6,342 nucleotides of DNA, from the NCBI RefSeq assembly GCF_000142905.1, contig NW_013657577.1, positions 1-6,342 of the forward strand. The letters run 5' to 3'. Below the pieces are notes generated by a model. The model was not told the origin of the DNA, did not search any database, and saw only the letters and a program-made list of their open reading frames with translations. The DNA comes from Thecamonas trahens ATCC 50062 (Eukaryota; Protista; Apusomonadida). Positions 1 to 6,342 of the stretch are shown one piece after another. The position numbers and the translations under genes are program-made. Positions within the stretch are counted from its first letter, which is position 1, and every line of letters begins with the position of its first letter.

Positions 1-1
1 G

Positions 2-1696
2 CCATCCCCACCTCTGCCGTCACCGCCTCCTCCGCCGCCCCCGTTCTTTAGTGGATTCTCGTGCCAGGACGTTGGATTGGATGGCATGAAGGTTGCCTGG
101 CAGCCGATCACAGGATCCGACACATCCATCACACTCGGAGTCTCGGTCCCGGCGGCGGCTGGCTGGGTGAGCATGGGTCTTGTTCCCAACGCGAGGTCGA
201 TGGCCAACGGCGACTTTGCGTTTGCGTATCTGGACGGAACGACGCCGAGAGTGCTTGACACGTACCGCGGAGCTGGATCGGGCGTGGTCTCGATCGATTC
301 CACGAACGACTACACCGGCGTGACGGTTGAAAACTCGGGCGGCCTGCTGCAGGCCAAGTTCACGCGCAATCTGGTGACCGGCGACGGGCAGGACCGCGAC
401 ATTGTGGCGGGCAACAACCTTGTGGCATGGGCATTCAACTCGGACACTAATCCTTCGAATCCGCCGGCCAACGGCGATTACCACACGGCGCGCGGTGCGA
501 TGAACATCGACTTTACGACCTCGACACCGTGCGTGCCGTCACCACCGCCGCCGCCTACCTCGCCGCCGCCGCCACCCACTTCTGGCGGCGGGGCAGGGGC
601 CATCGACCTCAGCTCTGCATTTACCTTTTCGGACGGTCCGTTCACGATGCGATTCAAGGTCGACACCGTCAACAACCAGGTCTCGTTTGCGCTCTCCAAG
701 TCCGGCTCGGCCGGATACGTGGCCATCTGTTTCACCGAGAGCGCCGGAGTCATGGGCCCGGGCGACTCGTACGTGGCGTTTGCGTCGTCGGCAGCATCGG
801 GTGGGTACGTGGTCTCGGATCGGCAGAATCCCAGCGGCAAGTCGGCGCCGCCGGCGGATGCCAAGCAGGACGTGCTCGGCGTGAGCGGGTCAGAGACTGG
901 CGGAGTGATGACGGTCGAGTTTGTGCGGGCGCTCGACACTGGCGACAACGGCGATGTAGTCATCAGCGACGCCGACATCAACATTGTCTGGGCGATTTCC
1001 GACAGCGCGACGCCAGGCGGCGGAGCCGGGTCGGCGACGTCGGGGGTGAGCAGGCACTCCACGACGTCGACGGCTGCGATCAAGATCAACTTTTTCACCG
1101 GCAAGGTGTCCAAGGACGACCTTCGCGAGAAGCTCATCAAGGCGCACGCGTGGATGATGATCATCTCGTGGGTGGTGCTCATTCCTGTGGGCATTGTGGT
1201 GGCGCGATTCCTCAAGGACAAGCTCGGAGTGTGGTGGTTCCGTGTCCACCGGTTCACACAGTGGATGGCGGTGCTGGCGACGTTTGCGGCGTTTGGGATG
1301 GCGATCTGGTTCACCAACGAGGACTTTAAGGGCGAGAACAAGAGCCACAAGCTCATCGGACTTGCTGTCGTGCTTGTAGCGTTCCTGGAGCCTGTTCTCG
1401 GCGAGCTCTCGAACCTGATGTGGTCGCCGGACCGGAGCGGGACGCCGTGGTTCCCGGACAAGATCCACTGGTGGGTGGGCCGCGGGCTCACGCTCCTTGC
1501 GATGGCCAACTGCTTCTTTGGCATGCAGGCCAAGGATTGGCCTTTGTCGACGTATGTTGCCGTCGGGTTCGGCATCTTCCTTGTCGTCGTCGTCTACATT
1601 GTCTTTGAGTTTACCGTCGGCGCTGTTCATCACAACAAGAGCGACGACTACACGAAGGACGCAACAGACAACCTGGTTGCGCTCACTGTGCTGTGA
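2..1696 (+). CDS. Multi-DOMON + cytochrome b561 membrane protein (CYBDOM/ferric-chelate reductase 1-like), copy 1; 5'-truncated by the window
   Basis: The frame is open from base 2 (PSPPLPSPPPPPPPFFSGFSCQDVGLDGMKVAWQ...), so the listed start at 77 is not a real start. Two DOMON-like repeats carry the GW/GY-V-x-x-G/C, M-x-x-GD and late-His pattern (Met codons at 200 and 752; His codons at 482 and 1055). Five hydrophobic helices follow, with the four b561 histidines: KAHAW (1145), RVHRF (1247), KSHKL (1346), KIHWW (1466). Stop TGA at 1694-1696. Confidence 0.9.
   Translation, partial: PSPPLPSPPPPPPPFFSGFSCQDVGLDGMKVAWQPITGSDTSITLGVSVPAAAGWVSMGLVPNARSMANGDFAFAYLDGTTPRVLDTYRGAGSGVVSIDSTNDYTGVTVENSGGLLQAKFTRNLVTGDGQDRDIVAGNNLVAWAFNSDTNPSNPPANGDYHTARGAMNIDFTTSTPCVPSPPPPPTSPPPPPTSGGGAGAIDLSSAFTFSDGPFTMRFKVDTVNNQVSFALSKSGSAGYVAICFTESAGVMGPGDSYVAFASSAASGGYVVSDRQNPSGKSAPPADAKQDVLGVSGSETGGVMTVEFVRALDTGDNGDVVISDADINIVWAISDSATPGGGAGSATSGVSRHSTTSTAAIKINFFTGKVSKDDLREKLIKAHAWMMIISWVVLIPVGIVVARFLKDKLGVWWFRVHRFTQWMAVLATFAAFGMAIWFTNEDFKGENKSHKLIGLAVVLVAFLEPVLGELSNLMWSPDRSGTPWFPDKIHWWVGRGLTLLAMANCFFGMQAKDWPLSTYVAVGFGIFLVVVVYIVFEFTVGAVHHNKSDDYTKDATDNLVALTVL
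257..1504 (+). repeat. Direct repeat unit A, near-identical to 4245-5465
   Basis: 257-495 vs 4245-4483 has 3 mismatches. The linker 496-601 is diverged and includes a net 27-nt length difference. 602-1063 has scattered or clustered substitutions. 1064-1504 vs 5025-5465 is identical by eye over 441 nt. Confidence 0.95.
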
Positions 1697-1722
1697 GTGG
1701 TCAAATATATACTACATTGTTC

Positions 1723-2101
1723 GGGCGCAAGAATAACAGACTCATCGGACTTGCTGTGTGAGCTCTCGAACCTGATGTGGTCGCCGGACCGGAGCGGGAC
1801 GCCGTGGTTGCCGGACAAGATCCACTGGTGGGTGGGCCGCGGGCTCACGCTCCTTGCGATGATCAACTGCTTCCTCGGGATGAAGGCGAAAGAGTGGGGC
1901 GCGGCGCCATACGTCATTGTCAGCCTGCTCATGGCAGGCTTTGCAGTTGCGTGCGTTGTGCTTCAGTTCACCATCGGCGACGTCCACCGCGATAGCAGCG
2001 GCGGTGGCGGCGTCGGCGGTGGCAAGTCCAAGCCGACGACTACGGCCACCGAGAACGACGAGATTGTTCATGACGACATACAAAACGCGATTAGCGGGTG
2101 A
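1723..2101 (+). pseudogene. Orphan duplicated 3' segment of the DOMON-b561 gene (last two TM helices plus a unique tail), in frame with gene 1
   Basis: 1741-1757 equals 1352-1368. A net 32-nt deletion follows. 1760-1993 then matches 5364-5597 with 3 mismatches (1810, 1931, 1989). 1723-1740 is a degraded match to about 1330-1351. It keeps b561 His4 (1823), but the His3 codon is lost. There is no signal peptide or DOMON. Stop TGA at 2099-2101. Confidence 0.75.
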
Positions 2102-2118
2102 CGTGCGATGGGTCTTGA

Positions 2119-2732
2119 TTAGTCGGCGAGGATGTTCACGACATGAGACTCGAGCAAGACAACGACGATGTCGGCGTGTCCGAGATAGTCGACGATGCGC
2201 CTAAACGAGTCATCGTCCATGGCCATCGGCGTATTCGGATAAGTCTGGTTCCAGTGGTCGAAGACAACCTCTACCGCGGCGACGTGTCCGCCACGGTATG
2301 CCTCGTTGAAGATGTGGCGTAGATGTCGGCCAAAGTCGCTGTGAGTCTGACGGCAGGCAGCCAGCAGGCCAAGAGCGCCATGGGCGACGAAGCTGTAGAC
2401 CAGCAGGCACCAGACATTCCGCGCAAAAGTCGTGGGCAGCAGGGCGTGGCGGAAGACATCCCAAACAGCGGCCGGGTTGCACGGATTCGCAGACAATGAG
2501 CATGCTACGGCTATTGATGCGGCGCGCCACCAACCGCGGCGGGCGCAGCGCAAGTCTGGTCAGCGTGCGGGCTTGGTTGCGGCCGTGCTTGTCACCGAGC
2601 AGTTGAATCGTGAGGCGCGAGCAGGTCGAGGCGAGCGCGACTACATCGAGATCCGAGAGCAGGTCTGTCTCGTACGCGATGGCATGGATGAGCTAGCTCT
2701 GTAGCGAGGTCGTGCAGGCATGGCGCAGCCAT
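2119..2732 (-). pseudogene. Frameshifted F-box-like / ankyrin-repeat-like gene
   Basis: ATG at 2732 gives MAAPCLHDLATEL. Removing one copy of the AGCT duplication (2691-2698) continues it as IHAIAYETDLLSDLDVVALASTCSRL, which resembles an F-box (L..L..E....I...L...D...L..TC+.L). A second frameshift near 2555-2560 joins LRCARRGWWRAASIAV..., which contains the ankyrin-like motifs EAYRGGHVAAVEVVF and LGHADIVVVLLE. Stop TAA at 2119-2121. Confidence 0.65.
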
Positions 2733-3033
2733 GACGAGATGAAGAGGACAGAAAGAGACGACAGAGGTGTGTTTGTGGGACAAGGACAGGCCTCTCGTCT
2801 CTACGATCGGGCATCGCATAGCGAGACCAAGCTGGAGATGTGAGAAAAAGCTCTGTATATGTCTTCCTGTTCTCGAGAACACTTGCAGAAGAGACATGAT
2901 GTGGCCAAAGCTCAGTGCATGTCGACAGGAGGCGACAAATGTGGTTGCTCGCATCTGTGGCATCCGTTTTTTTTTGGTTGGCCAACCTTTGCCTGCGCAC
3001 TTTGCTGCCACTTCACCCCACAACAGGCAGAGC
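2733..3033. promoter_or_regulatory. Putative divergent promoter region (301 nt) between the F-box/ankyrin-like pseudogene and copy 2
   Basis: Lies between head-to-head ATGs and has lower GC than the coding DNA. It contains a T9 tract (2967-2975) and two perfect palindromes (2868-2881, 2976-2987). Function is inferred from position only. Confidence 0.4.
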
Positions 3034-5630
3034 ATGCGAGTGACAGCAACGCTTTCTCTTGTTGTGGCTATCCTGGCAATTGCAAGCGGTACGGCCACGA
3101 AAGCGGTGTCAATGAGAGTGTGTACAGTCTCTGTTGGATGAATAAAAGAGGTAGAGGCGGCGCGCAGTGGTTGCTACAGGTGCTTGCATGCGGTGGCGCC
3201 GAGGAAGCGAACTCATGCACTCACAATGCGGCGGCGAGGGGCGCGCATGGCGGGGAGATAGGCACGCCTACGCGGACGTACTCGTCATGCAGGGTGGTTA
3301 CCGAGATTGGAGCGAGCTACAACTACAGGCTGTATTGGGAGTACGTTACGAGACATAGAGTCGAGGGCTAGCGTGCACGGTTCGCCTAGTTGGCCTCTCG
3401 CCATGCGCGTGCTCGTCATGTCGTCAGCCGTCGAGCCCTTGTGGCGGGAGCTGCCTCTTTTTTTTTGTGGATGTCGAGATTGAGGGAGGTTTTGAGGTGT
3501 CTCCTTTTTTTATGGGTCGGTACAGCGGGAGGGGAGGGGTGGGGACTCACGCTTGCTGGTCGACTGTCGGATAGCACGCTGACCGGCGCTTCGACGTCGA
3601 TCAAGATGGCGATGGAGGCTGAGGTGGACGGATGGGTTGGTTTTGGTGTCGGCGGGAGCCCGTTGATGAGCGGGATCGACACCCAGGTCGGCATGATGAC
3701 CGGCGGTGGGGCGGTTGTTGACGGAATGTCGTCGGGGTCAGTCCGACCGACGGCGGATGGCACCAACGACAACACAGCTGTGGCGGTCAAGAATGTGGGC
3801 GGAGTGCTGACGGCTGAGTTTGATCGGGTGCTCAACACGGGCGACGGCAACGACAACGTGTGGTTGGCGACCGGGATCAACTCAGTGGTGGTGGCGGTGG
3901 GCACTGGTGGCACACCTACGACGACTGGATCGTACGGTGGACATGCGGCGCGGGCGCGGTTCAACCTCGACTTTTCGGTGGCATCATCGTGCCCTGCGCC
4001 TCCGTCGCCACCGCCGCCGCCGCCACCGGCGCTGCTCGACGGCCTGTCATGTGCTGTGGTGGGGACCCAGGGTATGCGTGTGTACTGGCAGCCGATCACC
4101 GGGTCGGACACGGCCGTCACGCTCGGGATGTCTTTCCCGACCGCAACCGGGTGGCTCGGCTTTGGCTTTGTGCCAGGCGCCACATCGATGGCCAACGGTG
4201 ACTTTGCGTTTGGCTATCTCGACGGGACCAACCAGATGGTGCTCGACACGTACCGCGGAGCTGGATCGGGCGTGGTCTCGATCGATTCCACGAACGACTA
4301 CACCGGCGTGACGGTTGAAAACTCGGGCGGCCTGCTGCAGGCCAAGTTCACGCGCAACCTGGTGACCGGCGACGGGCAGGACCGCGACATTGTGGCGGGC
4401 AACAACCTTGTGGCATGGGCATTCAACTCGGACACTAATCCTTCGAATCCGCCGGTCGACGGCGATTACCACACGGCGCGCGGAACCACGACGCTCAACT
4501 TTACGGCCACCGCCGTCTGTCCGCCGCCGCCGCCGCCGCCGCCACCGGCCGCCACGGCTCAGATCGACCTCACGGATGCATTTACCTTTTCGGACGGCCC
4601 GTTCACGATGCGATTCAAGGTCGACACCGTCAACAACCGGGTCTCGTTTGCGCTCTCCAAGTCTGGCTCGGCCGGATACGTGGCAATGTGCTTTACCCAG
4701 AGCGCCGGAGTCATGGGCCCGGGCGACTCGTACGTGGCGTTTGCGTCGTCGGCAGCATCGGGTGGGTACGTGGTCTCGGATCGGCAGAATCCCAGCGGCA
4801 AGTCGGCGCCGCCGGCGGATGCCAAGCAGGACGTGCTCGGCGTGAGCGGGTCAGAGACTGGTGGAGTGATGACGGTCGAGTTTGTGCGGGCGCTCGACAC
4901 TGGCGACAACGGCGATGTAGTCATCAACGACGCCGACATCAACATTGTCTGGGCGATTTCCGACAGCGCGACGCCAGGCGGCGGAGCCGGGTCGGCGACG
5001 TCGGGGGTGAGCAAGCACGCCACAACGTCGACGGCTGCGATCAAGATCAACTTTTTCACCGGCAAGGTGTCCAAGGACGACCTTCGCGAGAAGCTCATCA
5101 AGGCGCACGCGTGGATGATGATCATCTCGTGGGTGGTGCTCATTCCTGTGGGCATTGTGGTGGCGCGATTCCTCAAGGACAAGCTCGGAGTGTGGTGGTT
5201 CCGTGTCCACCGGTTCACACAGTGGATGGCGGTGCTGGCGACGTTTGCGGCGTTTGGGATGGCGATCTGGTTCACCAACGAGGACTTTAAGGGCGAGAAC
5301 AAGAGCCACAAGCTCATCGGACTTGCTGTCGTGCTTGTAGCGTTCCTGGAGCCTGTTCTCGGCGAGCTCTCGAACCTGATGTGGTCGCCGGACCGGAGCG
5401 GGACGCCGTGGTTCCCGGACAAGATCCACTGGTGGGTGGGCCGCGGGCTCACGCTCCTTGCGATGATCAACTGCTTCCTCGGGATGAAGGCGAAAGAGTG
5501 GGGCGCGGCGCCATACGTCATTGTCAGCCTGCTCGTGGCAGGCTTTGCAGTTGCGTGCGTTGTGCTTCAGTTCACCATCGGCGACGTCCACCACGATGCC
5601 GGCAACGACAAGGAGATGGACGATTTGTGA
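3034..5630 (+). CDS. Signal peptide + 3x DOMON + cytochrome b561 protein, copy 2; exons 3034-3088, 3262-3340, 3575-5630 (729 aa predicted)
   Basis: Exon 1 encodes a signal-peptide-like MRVTATLSLVVAILAIAS. Splicing yields ...G TPTRTYSSCRVVTEIGASYNYRLYW D TLTGASTSIKMAMEAEVDGWVGFG, which aligns with the next repeat (RVYWQPITGSDTAVTLGMSFPTATGWLGFG). DOMON Met/His codon pairs: 3666/3942, 4188/4470, 4713/5016. b561 His codons: 5106, 5208, 5307, 5427. The N-terminal part of the listed 3390 ORF is intron read-through. Confidence 0.88.
3089..3261 (+). other. Spliceosomal intron 1 of copy 2 (173 nt, phase 1)
   Basis: Donor GTACGG at 3089, branch-like ACTCAC at 3219-3224, acceptor GATAG ending at 3261. 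The phases match (G+GC = Gly), and splicing removes the in-frame stop at 3139-3141. An alternative 3106-3179 intron is also in frame but has a weaker donor (GTGTCA). Confidence 0.65.
3341..3574 (+). other. Spliceosomal intron 2 of copy 2 (234 nt, phase 2)
   Basis: Donor GTACGT at 3341, internal T-tracts, branch-like ACTCAC at 3545-3550, and the first AG after it is GATAG ending at 3574. GA+C = Asp restores the DOMON alignment. Confidence 0.85.
4245..5597 (+). repeat. Direct repeat unit B: 4245-5465 matches gene 1, and 5364-5597 matches the orphan segment 1760-1993
   Basis: Offsets are 3988 then 3961 nt to gene 1, and 3604 nt to the orphan segment. Confidence 0.95.
4521..4547 (+). repeat. (CCG)7-CCA-CCG microsatellite encoding a 9-proline linker; similar Pro-rich linkers at about 2-43, 536-580 and 3993-4028
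   Basis: Read directly from the sequence. Each tract lies between DOMON repeats. Confidence 0.9.
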
Positions 5631-5837
5631 GTCGCAGCTCGGGCTTGATCACTTTACTAAATGACACTTTGTTTTTTGCAGATGTTGAGCCGATGTCGAC
5701 CGGTCGTACATGAGTGTGATGATCTCGAACGGTCTGCGTGTGCCATCACCCAAGCCAGCGTGTCGACGGTCACACTTTGACCTGTCCATGCGGCAAAGGC
5801 AACCACGGCGCACCACCTCACGGCAGGAAGGAGAAAT

Positions 5838-6342
5838 ATGTCCAGTGGTGCGACAGAGGCCTTTGTCTCGTGTGTAGCATGCGTGCTGCACCGCGAGGTG
5901 GTGGCTCCGCCCCCAGGGCTCTACTCGCCGGCTCATGGCTGGTCCTCCTCGAGGAGCGGAGCAGGCAGACGGTCGAGGAGGAGCGACGGCGACGGAGCTG
6001 GGCACCGGGCGTCGGCTGACGAGACGGAGAGCCCTTGGGTGGTGGTTGATCACGGTGTGGGGAATGGACAGTCTGCTCGCGAGCCCAGATCAGCCGGGAT
6101 GAGGGCCAAGGCGAGGTCGAAGGATCCGGGTGGCAGCCATGTCGAGCAACAGCAGCCATCAGCGTCGACGCTGGGAGCCCTGCTGGCGCTCCCACAGCAG
6201 ATCGGTCGAAGAATCCTCAATGCCTTTGAACTCTCGCCGGCTGAAGCCGAGAAGGCGCTGGACGCGCGTGGATCGCCGCTCGCACTCTTGCGCAACATAC
6301 TCATTGCGCTGCTTGCTGAAGGCGAAGGCGAAGACGAGGTGG
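5838..6342 (+). CDS. Hypothetical protein, 3'-truncated by the window (absent from the ORF track because it has no stop in the window)
   Basis: The frame is open from 5781 to the window end. ATG at 5838 gives MSSGATEAFVSCVACVLHREVVAPPPGLYSPAHGW...DETESPWVVVDHG...LGALLALPQQIGRRILNAFELSPAEAEKALDARGSPLALLRNILIALLAEGEGEDEV. The last part looks helical and protein-like. The start is uncertain (a second ATG is at 6099), and no family was recognised. Confidence 0.55.
   Translation, partial: MSSGATEAFVSCVACVLHREVVAPPPGLYSPAHGWSSSRSGAGRRSRRSDGDGAGHRASADETESPWVVVDHGVGNGQSAREPRSAGMRAKARSKDPGGSHVEQQQPSASTLGALLALPQQIGRRILNAFELSPAEAEKALDARGSPLALLRNILIALLAEGEGEDEV

Noticed and set aside
77-79. Listed start of the 539-aa ORF
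   Set aside because: This is a TTG codon inside a frame that is open back to base 2 and homologous to an internal part of gene 2.
478-1633. Long antisense ORFs (478-1575, 890-1633) and their twins at 4559-5521 and 4851-5594
   Set aside because: These are shadow ORFs of GC-rich coding sequence. They recur only because the sense gene is duplicated, and they show no recognisable motifs.
1694-1696. Selenocysteine recoding of the in-frame TGA
   Set aside because: The position is not a conserved Cys or catalytic site, and I could not identify a SECIS-like element by eye.
2994-3000. TGCGCAC (and TGCACTC at 3216-3222) matching the metal-response element core TGCRCNC
   Set aside because: This short degenerate motif is expected by chance in GC-rich DNA. 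The MTF-1 system is known from animals, and the second match overlaps the predicted branch site.
2592-3098. 168-aa minus-strand ORF and the overlapping 2641-3000, 2767-3141 and 2859-3371 ORFs as standalone genes
   Set aside because: Only short parts are meaningful (the pseudogene start, and exons 1 and 2 of gene 2). The rest reads through intergenic or intronic DNA.
3390-3574. N-terminal part of the 746-aa ORF
   Set aside because: It has a non-ATG start and T-tract-derived sequence, and it lies inside the well-supported intron 2.
1-6342. CRISPR array, diversity-generating retroelement, transposon or structural RNA genes
   Set aside because: There is no repeat-spacer periodicity and no reverse transcriptase, transposase or recombinase ORF. 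Repeat mismatches are not adenine-specific, and no terminal repeats or tRNA/rRNA-like sequence were recognised.

Overview
GC-rich, compact eukaryotic (intron-containing) DNA. The window holds a tandem pair of + strand genes for secretory-pathway multi-DOMON + cytochrome b561 proteins (CYBDOM / FRRS1-like). Gene 1 (<2..1696) is cut off by the window start and shows two DOMONs plus b561. Gene 2 can be rebuilt as three exons (3034-3088, 3262-3340, 3575-5630; 729 aa): signal peptide, three DOMONs joined by polyproline linkers, and a 5-TM b561 domain, with all 10 expected heme ligands present. The two genes are a patchwork of near-identical and strongly diverged tracts. Directly behind the gene 1 stop, in the same frame, is an orphan copy of the last two TM helices. 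It matches the gene 2 tail rather than the gene 1 tail and ends in a third, unique C-terminus. Between the genes on the - strand is a doubly frameshifted F-box-like/ankyrin-like pseudogene. An uncharacterised ORF runs off the right end. All alignments were done by eye; no searches were run.
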